In this document: positions 11,001-20,386 of the stretch, one piece after another | Position numbering within the stretch: position 1 is the first letter of the stretch | How the letters are laid out: every line of letters begins with the position of its first letter | Virus record (IMG/VR): IMGVR_UViG_3300010355_001052 | Origin: an uncultured virus (IMG/VR IMGVR_UViG_3300010355_001052) | Taxonomy: Duplodnaviria > Heunggongvirae > Uroviricota > Caudoviricetes | Length of the DNA stretch: 62,392 nt | Direction: 5' to 3' (one strand) | Notes under the pieces: model-generated | What the model saw: the letters and a program-made list of their open reading frames with translations, nothing else | What the model was told of the DNA's origin: nothing | Databases searched by the model: none | Program-made: the position numbers and the translations under genes

Positions 11001-13228
11001 GAGTAACCTGGAGTATGAGGTGGTATATAATTAGTAGTTCTTTTACCATTCATTGCTAGAGCAGCAATACCTAAACCGGCAATAGCTGAAAGACCAAATG
11101 CTAAATTTGTTAGAAGTTTCTCTTTAGGGTGTTCTTCTGATTTCTCAAATTTACCTACTACATCCCCATTCATTTCACCATGGACTTTTAATTCTTTAGC
11201 AGAAAGAAAAGGATCAGTGAAGTTAGTATCCGGAGAATGGAACGTAAATAAAAACTTAGAATAAGTTCTTTGTGGAGTATAGTCTGTTTCTGGACTAGTA
11301 CCACTTCCTCCAAATATAGGACAACCAGAGTTTACTGTCTCAGTTGTAGACATAAAAGGATCAGGTCTTCCTATAAATACAGCTGGTTGTAAAGGTGAAG
11401 GAATATCCGGTCCAGTTTCATTATATGGATAATTTGCATATGCACCAACTCTACTAGTAATACCATTTGGTACTTCATAAAGACGCATGTTATTAATAAG
11501 ACCTTTAGCTAAAATTGTCTTATTACCATTACGCGCACCTCTTAGAATTTCATATCCAACTATTCCTGGTACCGGTGTTACACCATCATTTAATACAGGG
11601 AACTTTATATTTTCAAACTTAACACCCATAATCCGGATATTACCGGTATTATTATCTACGTATTCAGTTTGTGCAGATAATCCCATATCTGGGAATCTAT
11701 GATGTCTAATTGGTTTACCACATAGATTATGAGCAATACCTAGTACACCTGGATAAGGTGATATCGCGATATTAGCATCCCATACATCTGGTGAATTATC
11801 TGGGTAAATTTCTGTTGACTCCCAGTAACCCATATAGCCTTCTCCTACCACAACACCACCATCAGGTAATGTTACCGGTGCAATAAGAATATTAGTTGCT
11901 GTGTTGTAAACATTCCAATTAAATGCAGGAAGACCTTCACTTAATTCAGGAGCTGCATCAGCATTTGCTACAGGAAGAAAATCAGGTTCAGGAAATCCAG
12001 TAGATGGATTTACCCAGAATGTACCAGAAGGTCTTCCCGGAATGTGGTAGGATGAGGATTTATCCCCTGTATCATATACCCAACGTATGAAAAAAGGATA
12101 AACCTCATCCCGTAAATAGTTTGTATTATTACCACCTTTACGGTAGTAGTTAGCAGGATATTCTACTGACTGCCACTTAGCTACAATTTGATTAGCTAAA
12201 GGTTGGTAATTAAAGTCTTGTTTTGATGTTGGCCCAACTCTGATTAAGTAATCATTGACATTATACATTGCATCAGTCTTATCTGCAATAGGTGTCATGA
12301 TTGGGAATTCTTCAATAGGTACTGCCGGCCAAGTATTATCTATAGTATCAAAACTTAATGCTGTTTGTCTTGTACTATATGTACCGGCAAGTCTAGCTAC
12401 AGTTTGTTGATTAGTAACAGATATTAGAGCAACTAGTATTTGATCAAAATCTTGATCAACATTAGATAATGTAACATCTAAAGAGCATGCTGCATTTGTA
12501 TGATTAAATAATCCTTGAACATTAGATAGATACCAATCACTTATTTTTTGACTATCAATAGCATAAGCTATTGCTACCATATAGGATCCATTTAGTAATG
12601 TTCCAGCACCAACACCATTGGTAGCATCAATACATGGATACTGAATAAATCGCGCTAATCTAATTGCATCACAATCTAAATTTGAAGTATTATCACAGAT
12701 ATTACAACTGTCTACTACAACACAACTCTGTTCCCAAGGAACCGGGCTATTAGGATTAGTAAACACGTTATCACCAGGATTAGCTACATCTACACTCATT
12801 GCACGGGATGGATTTAAACCATCATCCCAGTACATGTTAAATACACAATCACTAGTCGCGCGTGATACACCTTTTATAAGATTATCTTTTCTAAAGTTAA
12901 GACATGCTGCATTTACTACTGTAGTATATGTGCATGTACTTTCTTCAAATATTCCTATTTCAGAATTAGTATCATCAGTAGAGAATATACCCCATTTATC
13001 ACCAATAAAGTGAGTTACACCAATAATAGTGTAAGGAGCTGCAGTACAAAAAAGATTAGAAGGTTCATTACCTAGTTTACCTAAGTCACCGGTAATAGAG
13101 TTATTAATAGCATTTCGCGCTTGGGTCCATTGATTTTCTGGTAAGTGAAAATCATTTACATCCTCATTAAGACCTTTATCAAATCTTCTTGTTCCTACTG
13201 AACTAGTATTTTGCATTCCTCCAGCCAT
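8015..13228 (-). CDS. Tail stabilisation/muzzle protein (crAss Tstab, P22 gp10-like)
   Basis: 1737 aa; N-terminal FDKGLNED..LPEN.W..ARN, YLRDEVYPF, IFGGDTYV and C-terminal WTVSYDP..W.SFHDW.P motifs; follows the tail ring genes. Confidence 0.8.
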   Translation of the reverse strand: MAGGMQNTSSVGTRRFDKGLNEDVNDFHLPENQWTQARNAINNSITGDLGKLGNEPSNLFCTAAPYTIIGVTHFIGDKWGIFSTDDTNSEIGIFEESTCTYTTVVNAACLNFRKDNLIKGVSRATSDCVFNMYWDDGLNPSRAMSVDVANPGDNVFTNPNSPVPWEQSCVVVDSCNICDNTSNLDCDAIRLARFIQYPCIDATNGVGAGTLLNGSYMVAIAYAIDSQKISDWYLSNVQGLFNHTNAACSLDVTLSNVDQDFDQILVALISVTNQQTVARLAGTYSTRQTALSFDTIDNTWPAVPIEEFPIMTPIADKTDAMYNVNDYLIRVGPTSKQDFNYQPLANQIVAKWQSVEYPANYYRKGGNNTNYLRDEVYPFFIRWVYDTGDKSSSYHIPGRPSGTFWVNPSTGFPEPDFLPVANADAAPELSEGLPAFNWNVYNTATNILIAPVTLPDGGVVVGEGYMGYWESTEIYPDNSPDVWDANIAISPYPGVLGIAHNLCGKPIRHHRFPDMGLSAQTEYVDNNTGNIRIMGVKFENIKFPVLNDGVTPVPGIVGYEILRGARNGNKTILAKGLINNMRLYEVPNGITSRVGAYANYPYNETGPDIPSPLQPAVFIGRPDPFMSTTETVNSGCPIFGGSGTSPETDYTPQRTYSKFLFTFHSPDTNFTDPFLSAKELKVHGEMNGDVVGKFEKSEEHPKEKLLTNLAFGLSAIAGLGIAALAMNGKRTTNYIPPHTPGYSQDPLTFWVAAGTTPGALIPTPAVPIPGTQGQQPQVADIGTIPLTLTGLTTAINTADLALSPAALLFQNTIGIGTAPTYQALQTAFNVASANTAYSTTLTEYIQEDGAYDRIPGPLIALANLPMFFNYFTQGTDTVLDFFKAVVRYRDFALRYHSHCLYNRYRAPVIGNMRRVIETQEYIGPQITDFGLNVRINNLYRSTNVSIGLKLPDPAFPHTFIENTQVNDVTRIQASVVTPLLETDLFGNLNQLVDPTKASFGQAAGYVIGPGPVTNTITPGNAGLFYAGHSGIQIASSHYVSLKQRLRNQYGQINGVMQVPASTCLQSPPTTLVPVNSETIFGGDTYVGRYTEKSTFFFFYNWLYGQPDGAQFDYTRNEMLPYPRFWANFDQFETGDFTASIANIVTTGFAGVILPNDYYNLDGLTCGILSQLRISVRNAYFYLFNSSVKDFYVESEINVDLRDWGALETEQHYDPYRYTDTKALFDTKFIKATNYYKYDQSLSVSKLFINYVSWASAQINNYDPNLAETCYIYQPNRVLYSLPAQFEGTRDNWYIFLANNYKDFLTKVTCIKPINKSGAMIFFENESPVQFQGTDQLQTDLGTKLTIGDGGLFTQPLQNIVNVDRPYEYASCQDRLSVINTPAGLFWISQNQGKIFNYQGQLDEISMRDLKWWFAAYLPYKLTQQFPNFTLKDNPVIGIGCQSIYDNENSLVYFTKRDFIVRQDLPAGTTVQYVTSDDFQVFIDGVFQFDIKLGDPNYFEDASWTVSYDPKSKSWISFHDWHPNLMIPGKNTFMTTLDNGIWIHNQRCDSYCNYYGLNYPFEVEYMVNTAQTVNTLRSIEYIMEVYKYAPNCFDRFHVLDFNFDEAVVYNTEQVSGLLRLNLEPKNNPQEMISYPIINFNSIDILFSKVEQKYRFDQFWDITDDRGEFNPAAQRVIWNTGANGYIRVLNPFNLNYNKEEFQRKKFRHYTNSVFLRRRVSGDRKILVMLTNNKNLYSPR

Positions 13229-14304
13229 TATCTAATAAGTCTTTCTCCCATAAAGTTATTAGGGTTCTTATCCCACTGATACCAAGGGTAACTCTTAAAC
13301 ATATCATAGTATCTAGCATATTGAGCTTTGCGGTTAGCAGCCCATACACGTTTCATTTCTGCAAAGTTAGGTGTATTAACAATACTTAATGCATTATTTC
13401 TTGCACCTCTTAATCTAGCTTCAACAAGCTGAAGTTTTTTATCTACATTTTCATCATTCATGATGAGGTTCTCAAGGATCCTTTGTTTCATGGCATATTC
13501 ATAATACTCATTAAGCATGTCATGATCAGGAACCAAGAGATTACCATCATCATCTTCCATCATACCCTGGTAATTAATATAAACCTTGCCGGTTTTAAAT
13601 GATGTAAATAAGTAACCATTTTGAATCCAAGCTTGATTGTGAGTGTTCATATAAAGATTAGGACACCCGCATTCTACATCTTGAGGATTCTCTAGTATTC
13701 TTAATGGTAAAAGTATTTTATAATGATTGGTTTGAGTACTATTTACAATTTGTACTAATTCATATTCATCACCTTTGCAGTTCATGAATACTCTAGGTTT
13801 AATACATGAATCTCCAAAAGGTACTAATGGGTTATATGGTCCGGCAGAACATGCTGCAGGAACTACTGGAGTAGAACATCCGCATGGAGTAGGTGCACAT
13901 GAATTACAGGTACCACAACCACAGCTTTGACATTTAACACAATTAACTACTCCATCTGTACAAGCACTAATATATGCTGGAGTTTCTTGATATGTAGGTA
14001 TTACTTTTCTTTCTTCAATATGAGTTCCTTGAGGGAATACTGTATGAACAGATCCTTCATCACAAATCATAGCATAATTTAAAACAAAGAAATTATCTGG
14101 AAGTTTAACTCTTCCCTTCTCTACATCAAGAAGAGCTTCCTTAGTCATCATGATCCTTAGACCAAGATCATAATTTACCCGCTTAGCTACTTTAATAAGT
14201 TGATGAGGTTCAATAAAATTTTCAAGATCTAAGTTCTGAAAATCCATAGATACCTCTGATAATAAGTCATCAAAAGTTCTGTATTTTATAGTGTAATTAT
14301 ACAT
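13228..14304 (-). CDS. Tail ring/tubular protein with a Cys-rich insertion
   Basis: C-terminal FKTGKVYINYQG...DDDGNLLVPD motif of crAss Ttub/ring proteins; sits directly upstream of the muzzle gene. Confidence 0.7.
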   Translation of the reverse strand: MYNYTIKYRTFDDLLSEVSMDFQNLDLENFIEPHQLIKVAKRVNYDLGLRIMMTKEALLDVEKGRVKLPDNFFVLNYAMICDEGSVHTVFPQGTHIEERKVIPTYQETPAYISACTDGVVNCVKCQSCGCGTCNSCAPTPCGCSTPVVPAACSAGPYNPLVPFGDSCIKPRVFMNCKGDEYELVQIVNSTQTNHYKILLPLRILENPQDVECGCPNLYMNTHNQAWIQNGYLFTSFKTGKVYINYQGMMEDDDGNLLVPDHDMLNEYYEYAMKQRILENLIMNDENVDKKLQLVEARLRGARNNALSIVNTPNFAEMKRVWAANRKAQYARYYDMFKSYPWYQWDKNPNNFMGERLIR

Positions 14305-14997
14305 TTATCTTTCTATTATAAATTCCTTAAATGTAATTTTTTTAAGAATCTGTCTAGGTTTACCATAGTAAAATTTATGAATTAAAGTATCTCTTTTTAA
14401 TCCTAGAAAATCTTCCACTTCTCTTTTACTATTGAAAGTAATTATCTTATTATCTGGTAAAGTTACTTTTACAATTTTACCTTTGGACCTAGTACCTCTT
14501 CTTGTTTTTTGGTAATCTTTTAAAGCTTGAAGAGTTTTGATACTCATGGGTCTGGGTATACCTTTTGTAGCAATACTCCTAGCTAATTTATGAGCTTCTG
14601 TTTGAGATCTTCCTAATAAGGATCCAGGATTACCCCTTCTAGCATCTGCTTTTCTTTTTTGAGCTTCAGGTGTTAATGTTAATAGTGAAAAATCTCCACC
14701 CTGGGAAAAATTGTATCCGCAATTTCTATCTGTAGATTTATATAATTTAATCCAGTGTATTTCTCTTTCATTAAGTAACTCTTCTAAACATTCTTCTATA
14801 GGTGTAATTAAAAGAGTATGAGTACAATTAAATGCTCTTTGTAATTTTATGTTTGTATGATTTCCTCTTTTAAGAGCTGCTAAATGTTCTTTACTTCTTT
14901 TTTGATAATTTCTTGTTTGACCTATATAGATAAGTCCTCTATCTTTATTCAAAATAGAATAAATACATGATCCTGTATATGTATTATTTAAAATCAT
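14305..14997 (-). CDS. Free-standing GIY-YIG homing endonuclease
   Basis: CIYSI...IYIGQT...R.KEH...H.N..LQ.AF...E.HWI...GYN catalytic motifs plus a basic NUMOD-like C-terminal region. Confidence 0.85.
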   Translation of the reverse strand: MILNNTYTGSCIYSILNKDRGLIYIGQTRNYQKRSKEHLAALKRGNHTNIKLQRAFNCTHTLLITPIEECLEELLNEREIHWIKLYKSTDRNCGYNFSQGGDFSLLTLTPEAQKRKADARRGNPGSLLGRSQTEAHKLARSIATKGIPRPMSIKTLQALKDYQKTRRGTRSKGKIVKVTLPDNKIITFNSKREVEDFLGLKRDTLIHKFYYGKPRQILKKITFKEFIIER

Positions 14998-15668
14998 GAC
15001 CGCAGAGGAGATTGTTTATCATCTAAACTTTCATTAGGCATTTGTACAAACATACCTAAGTCTTTCATAACTAGTTGTTCTATTTCAGCAAATAGATATT
15101 CCGGAATATGAAATAAATGATCTTGCTTTAATTGACAATCATCACCATCACATTTAAGATAATCTACATTTGCAGTCCAAAGACCTTCTACTAAAACACC
15201 TTCCCATTCAATATTAGGAAAATATAAGTATCCATCTAAGTACCAGTAGTACTTTGTCTTATTGTATTTAGCGTTTGTGGAATTAGCAATACTAGTATAA
15301 ATAGAAGGGTAAGTTCTATATACTTCAATTGATCTATCTAAAGATGTAATACTTCTAAATAGCGGACCATATGAGCCTTCTAATACATCAGGTATTTTAT
15401 CTTTAGTTCTTCTAATAGTACATCCTGTTCTTATACCAGTACAACAGGCTTCTACTTTGTCTACTTCAATTAACTCAATACATGGGATAGTTTCAAATAG
15501 TGATTGAAACCGCATGATCTTATTTTCATTATCCTGGCGCTTAATTAAAAGCTTAGAATACTTAAGTATTAAACTATATAAAAATCTATCTGTAATAAAA
15601 GGATCTTCTTTTACAGCTTTTAATAAGTTTCTTACTCTTGATATACTATCTCCTACTGTAGTACTCAT
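14994..15668 (-). CDS. Tail ring / head-tail adaptor protein
   Basis: 224 aa with KYYWYLDGYLYFPN; position matches crAss tail ring genes. Confidence 0.6.
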   Translation of the reverse strand: MSTTVGDSISRVRNLLKAVKEDPFITDRFLYSLILKYSKLLIKRQDNENKIMRFQSLFETIPCIELIEVDKVEACCTGIRTGCTIRRTKDKIPDVLEGSYGPLFRSITSLDRSIEVYRTYPSIYTSIANSTNAKYNKTKYYWYLDGYLYFPNIEWEGVLVEGLWTANVDYLKCDGDDCQLKQDHLFHIPEYLFAEIEQLVMKDLGMFVQMPNESLDDKQSPLRS

Positions 15669-16246
15669 ATCTCAAATTCATTATATTCTTCTGTAATAAC
15701 TGGGGTATTTTTAATTGCCCATTCCTTTTGTTTACTCTTATGAAAAATTTTAGATATACTTTTCATATTGTCAACCTGTAAATACATCTTCCAGTTATCC
15801 GGATAAGATGCAGATACAGCTCTTGAGAATTTTCTATTAGCTTCAAATTGCCAAAGATCTCTATGTTGGAACTTATACTTAATTGCAAAATTTGTATAGA
15901 AAATTTTAGCTAAATAATTATCTGACTCAAAATTTCTATGTCTTACTCTTTGTTCAACCTCTGTAGATAATCTATAATCTACATTGAATTTTTTAGGTGA
16001 AGGGCAAGTCCCAATAAAAACATAACCTAGTGTCTCAGGAAACTCTACACCATCTCTTGTATTTATTACAGCATTCCAAAGTAACTCATTGTATGTTTCA
16101 ATTATCTCTCTTAAACTAGAATCAGAGAGTTCCTTATACTTAGGGAACTGTCTTCTAAATTTTCTGAAAAAAGATTCATCAAGTAAAGTAGTTCTTTCTA
16201 CACGGTATCTAGGAGCATTAAGATTTGGTTTTTTGATCTTTAGCAT
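15665..16246 (-). CDS. IHF/HU-like DNA-binding protein (crAss gene-53-like)
   Basis: GVEFPETLGYVFI HU-like turn, basic composition, conserved position upstream of the ring genes. Confidence 0.5.
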   Translation of the reverse strand: MLKIKKPNLNAPRYRVERTTLLDESFFRKFRRQFPKYKELSDSSLREIIETYNELLWNAVINTRDGVEFPETLGYVFIGTCPSPKKFNVDYRLSTEVEQRVRHRNFESDNYLAKIFYTNFAIKYKFQHRDLWQFEANRKFSRAVSASYPDNWKMYLQVDNMKSISKIFHKSKQKEWAIKNTPVITEEYNEFEI

Positions 16247-16320
16247 GATGATGAGATATTCTAATTACAATATACAAAAAATTTTTGAAAGTTTAAAGAT
16301 AAACTTTTATTAGTTAAACG

Positions 16321-16388
16321 CAAAGACCCGGGTTTTATCCCGGGCCTCTACCTGTCAGTCACGCTATACCAACAAACCGTGACATTTT
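16321..16388 (-). ncRNA. Putative 3'-UTR small RNA: seed hairpin followed by an intrinsic terminator
   Basis: RNA reads GUCACG-GUUUGUUGGUAUAG-CGUGAC UGACAG, then GGCCCGGG-AUAAAA-CCCGGGUC-UUUG. It is complementary to several late-gene leaders (see findings). Confidence 0.6.
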
Positions 16389-16391
16389 ATC

Positions 16392-17567
16392 TTATGGACA
16401 TCCTGGAGTTGTTGCAACAGTAACATTTGCTTCTGCTGCCCAATACCATGAATTATCTGTAGCACATACACTTTGTGGAACTCCAACAACAACATTTACT
16501 GTAAGTAATTCACCTGTTGTACAGCTTGTATAATTAACATCTGCATCACTACCTACTGCTGTGAATTGTACAGTTACACACTCATAGCAACATCCACCTG
16601 CTACTACTGTCCATCCTGTTGATGGAGTAGGTGTTGTAGGACTACATTTTTTATATATAAATCCAAGATCTTGAGGATCTACCATACCAATTGGGTTACT
16701 ATCACAGTCATTACCAAAATCAAATGTTGGACATTGACCTAGATTTGCTTCAGCTGTTGCTCTTAAAAAAGGACTTGTAGCAACAGTTACTGTAGGTAAA
16801 GAAGAATATCCAGAACCAGTATTTGTTACTACTATGTATTGAATCTCTCCAGTATTTACTGTGTCAACAGTAATAATTACACCAGCACCTGATCCACCTA
16901 GGTTTACGTTATTAAACTCAAATGTATCTGCTCCTGCGTATCCTGTACCTGGAGCTGTATTAGAAGCAGAAATTGCAACTGCAGTAATTACACCTAAAGT
17001 TACAGTAACATTTAGTAACGCACCTACACCGGCACCAACTAAGTTAACAGCAGGTACATTAAAGAAAGTAGCTGAACCACCTCCATTATAACCGGTACCA
17101 CCATTTGTAATAGTAAAAGTTTTAAGACCACCATCTCCTACTACACCATAAGCAGCTGCTGCAGTACCACCTCCACCAACAATTGTTAATGCTGGGTTAC
17201 TACCTACAGTATATCCTCCACCAGAAGTAAGTAATGTATATGATGGAATATCAACAGTACTACATACTACATCCCATTTATCACATGTTGGATCTGGAGT
17301 AAATATTACTGAGAAAGCAATTCTATCAGTCAATGAACCTTCTACTTGACATACAGCCTGTACATAACCATCAAAGATTACTTGATCACATGTATCATTA
17401 TCAACCGTTACTGGTATAATTGCTTGACATGCTGCTCCATTACCGGCGCATATTACTATTGTTGTACAGTCATAGGCTCCCGCGCCTCCTGTTCTCCAAC
17501 ATACACGGTGACCACCAATGTAGTTGCTTATAAAGTTTACTGTAATTGTTCCTGGAACTGGTGCCAT
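16392..17567 (-). CDS. Cys-rich virion protein with GSGY/GTGY beta-repeats
   Basis: Repeats SGGGYT, GGTGYN, PGTGYA and TGSGYSSLPTVTV resemble baseplate/fibre repeats. Confidence 0.5.
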   Translation of the reverse strand: MAPVPGTITVNFISNYIGGHRVCWRTGGAGAYDCTTIVICAGNGAACQAIIPVTVDNDTCDQVIFDGYVQAVCQVEGSLTDRIAFSVIFTPDPTCDKWDVVCSTVDIPSYTLLTSGGGYTVGSNPALTIVGGGGTAAAAYGVVGDGGLKTFTITNGGTGYNGGGSATFFNVPAVNLVGAGVGALLNVTVTLGVITAVAISASNTAPGTGYAGADTFEFNNVNLGGSGAGVIITVDTVNTGEIQYIVVTNTGSGYSSLPTVTVATSPFLRATAEANLGQCPTFDFGNDCDSNPIGMVDPQDLGFIYKKCSPTTPTPSTGWTVVAGGCCYECVTVQFTAVGSDADVNYTSCTTGELLTVNVVVGVPQSVCATDNSWYWAAEANVTVATTPGCP

Positions 17568-17579
17568 CTTAATTAGTTT

Positions 17580-17921
17580 TTATATTGGTTTAGTGGTAAT
17601 AACAAGGGTAACTGATGTACAAGTTGATGCTGGACAGACAGCTGTAACTCTTACATAATATGTTGTATTTGGAAGTAAAACTCCAATAGTATCTGTAGGG
17701 TTAGGACCATTAGGTACAACAGGATTTAAAGTCCATAATGCTGCACCAACAACTTTATATTCAACAAAATATTGAATAGGAAACACAAGTTGTGTCCATG
17801 AAAGTTTAATTGTATACGGAGTAATTTCAGTGGATTTAAAATCTAGTGGAGATCCACAGACATCATCCATTGTTAGACACCCGGGTCCACAAGAATTAGT
17901 TCCAAAAGTTTCACATGCCAT
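17580..17921 (-). CDS. Fibronectin type III domain virion protein
   Basis: IKLSW...YFVEYK...W...LLPNTTYYVRVTAVC is the FN3 signature. Confidence 0.7.
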   Translation of the reverse strand: MACETFGTNSCGPGCLTMDDVCGSPLDFKSTEITPYTIKLSWTQLVFPIQYFVEYKVVGAALWTLNPVVPNGPNPTDTIGVLLPNTTYYVRVTAVCPASTCTSVTLVITTKPI

Positions 17922-17932
17922 AACTATTTATC

Positions 17933-18790
17933 TTATAAAGGGTGACCAATTCTACATATCATTTCCCATTCTACTGAAAAAGTATATGTTCCAGCTTTAA
18001 CATGGGGGTGTACTTGTTGACAAAAAATTAGACCATTAGATGCACTTCCTCTACCTGAAGAATCAAATTCTGAGTTAGCTAATGGAGTATCTCCTGGTAC
18101 AGAAATTCCTCTAGCAATTGATACAGTAGATGCTTGATTAACTCCTAAAAAATCTGGAAATAAAGAAGTAATTGTTCCAGTTTGAGTAGGAAACCATTGA
18201 CTACCACCAATCGGAATAGGTGCTAAAATAAGAGAAAAATCTAATGCTTTATCAACATCTAATTGATTAAATCCACCAGTAGTTGCTACTGTAACATTTA
18301 AATTAGCTCTAACTTTTACAGCAGCTGTATCATATGATAAAACTTTATATGATACTGAAACTGACTGAGTATTTGTTGTTATACCATTATTTACAACAAA
18401 AGATGTAATCTCAGGATCAGCATCTGTATATGTAACCCAAGGATCATTAGGAATTACTGGAGCAGGTAAAGGTGTAGTAAAGATTGTACCATCAGTCATT
18501 GTGATAACTAAGTCATTTCCTACTGTAGTTACACTTTGTATTGTTACACCACTACCACCACTTACATTACTAATAGCTAATGAGATCTTTTGAAGGATAT
18601 CACATAGTCTATCACCGGTTTGAATATTCAAATCAGCAATACCATCACCATCATGAACTACACAACAATCACTAAATGTCTCAGAACATGGATCCGGATT
18701 AGGACATTCTGGAGTATCATGAATACAAGGTGGTTGAGTAGTTAACCCTGTATCAAGACATCCACATTTTTTAGTTTTACAAGTACTCAT
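17933..18790 (-). CDS. Cys-rich tail fibre/spike protein
   Basis: Cys-rich N-terminal attachment domain (SDCCVVHDG..I..GDRLCDIL, similar to the neighbouring gene), GNDLVITMTDGT repeat and a beta-rich tip. Confidence 0.5.
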   Translation of the reverse strand: MSTCKTKKCGCLDTGLTTQPPCIHDTPECPNPDPCSETFSDCCVVHDGDGIADLNIQTGDRLCDILQKISLAISNVSGGSGVTIQSVTTVGNDLVITMTDGTIFTTPLPAPVIPNDPWVTYTDADPEITSFVVNNGITTNTQSVSVSYKVLSYDTAAVKVRANLNVTVATTGGFNQLDVDKALDFSLILAPIPIGGSQWFPTQTGTITSLFPDFLGVNQASTVSIARGISVPGDTPLANSEFDSSGRGSASNGLIFCQQVHPHVKAGTYTFSVEWEMICRIGHPL

Positions 18791-18792
18791 GT

Positions 18793-20331
18793 TTAAGGTA
18801 TTGATAAGGCTGCAGATACAGCACTAGGTGCTGGACATGTAGGTGGGTTAGTTGATACTGAAGTAAATGGACAAACATTAGGGTCACATGTAGGACATGC
18901 TGTAGGTTGAATTACTAATCTTACTTTGTAATTTGTTCCTGCACCTAATCCAACAAATGTTCCTGATACTGTTTGAACACCATTAATTATTTGAATCTGA
19001 TTAGACAACATTGTTGCACCAGTAATATCCCATAATTGAATATTATAAGTGTAATCACCAAGTTGACTACTGAAACTATAAGCAATACTTCCTTGTGTAG
19101 TTTGATAAGTCACTGAAGGACAAGATGAACTATTAACAACTATGTATGATAAATATGATTTACAAGTAGCATTAGTTGCTGAATTAGCAAGACATGGTTC
19201 AATTTCTACTGTTAAATCTAATGATGTATTAATAGGAGTGTTCTCAAGATTAAGTGGATAACCTGTTGGGTTATTCAAATAACTGATAAGATTCATATTA
19301 AATGTAGCGGATCCTCCAGCTGAATCTGTAACTGTTACTTTTGTACCGGTTGGAAAGCATTCAGCAAATCCAGTTGGGACAGTTCCTGTTACAAAAACAT
19401 TTAAGGTATTTATATTAAGGTTAGCAAATAGGTTAAGTTCAATACCATCACATCCGGTTGGACAACAATTTAATTGAATAGTTTTTACAGCTTGTCTTAA
19501 ATCTGAAAGAGTCAGCCACATATTTCCTATGGACTGAGATAAGTTATTTACTGCAGAAGCCCAACCTGGAATAGAAGCCATGGTTCCTCCTGAGTTATTT
19601 AACTGTTTTTCCTGATTTAATCCGGAAGGTTGTTTTGCTACATTAATATAAAGAGCATCTGGCATACCAGTAGCAGCGCGTAATTCTACAAACTGTTGTT
19701 CTGTAGCCTCAAGTACAGCAATCATCTCTTGAGGTACTGCAGGTAAAACACCTTTAGGTACTAGAGTTGGTAATACTAAAACTGGAGGTGGAGCATCTTC
19801 TAATGTTACAATACGCTCTTCATGATTAGCTAAAGTTCTTTGTTGTGCTCCAATGTTCTGAGCATTATTACAAATTCTGTTACCTATAGCAGTTACATAA
19901 TCTTGTAATTGCATTGTTGTAACTGTATCCCCAAGTTCATTTACATAATAAAAACATGGAGCAATTGCCATTACACAATCAGGACAACCTCCATTACCAT
20001 TGACCGGAGGAACCGGTGGTGTTACTGTACCATCACAATTTGGAATACAACCAGTGCATTGTTCCAACTTACATACTCGTTCCATAAGGAACTGTATAAG
20101 TTGTTTGAAATCATCTGGTTTACAAGAAGTTAAATTAAAGCATGAAAGGTCATATGTGTTAATATCAAGCGTAGTTAATATATCACATACTTCTGTAGCT
20201 AGTTTAAAAACTACATCTGTTACAGTGTCCCCTTTACAAAGAGCTAAACAAGGAATATCTGGACCTTGCCAGATCACACAATTTGATGTAGTATAATTAC
20301 ATCCAGGTTCGTCGCTATTGAGTGGTTTCAT
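18793..20331 (-). CDS. Cys-rich tail fibre/hub protein with coiled coil and FN3-like C-terminus
   Basis: SNCVIWQGPDIPCL N-terminus, coiled segments and GLGAGTNYKVRL. Confidence 0.5.
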   Translation of the reverse strand: MKPLNSDEPGCNYTTSNCVIWQGPDIPCLALCKGDTVTDVVFKLATEVCDILTTLDINTYDLSCFNLTSCKPDDFKQLIQFLMERVCKLEQCTGCIPNCDGTVTPPVPPVNGNGGCPDCVMAIAPCFYYVNELGDTVTTMQLQDYVTAIGNRICNNAQNIGAQQRTLANHEERIVTLEDAPPPVLVLPTLVPKGVLPAVPQEMIAVLEATEQQFVELRAATGMPDALYINVAKQPSGLNQEKQLNNSGGTMASIPGWASAVNNLSQSIGNMWLTLSDLRQAVKTIQLNCCPTGCDGIELNLFANLNINTLNVFVTGTVPTGFAECFPTGTKVTVTDSAGGSATFNMNLISYLNNPTGYPLNLENTPINTSLDLTVEIEPCLANSATNATCKSYLSYIVVNSSSCPSVTYQTTQGSIAYSFSSQLGDYTYNIQLWDITGATMLSNQIQIINGVQTVSGTFVGLGAGTNYKVRLVIQPTACPTCDPNVCPFTSVSTNPPTCPAPSAVSAALSIP

Positions 20332-20386
20332 TATTCTCTTGTTCTAAATTAATATACATAATTTTTTTCATATAAGCAAATAAGAT

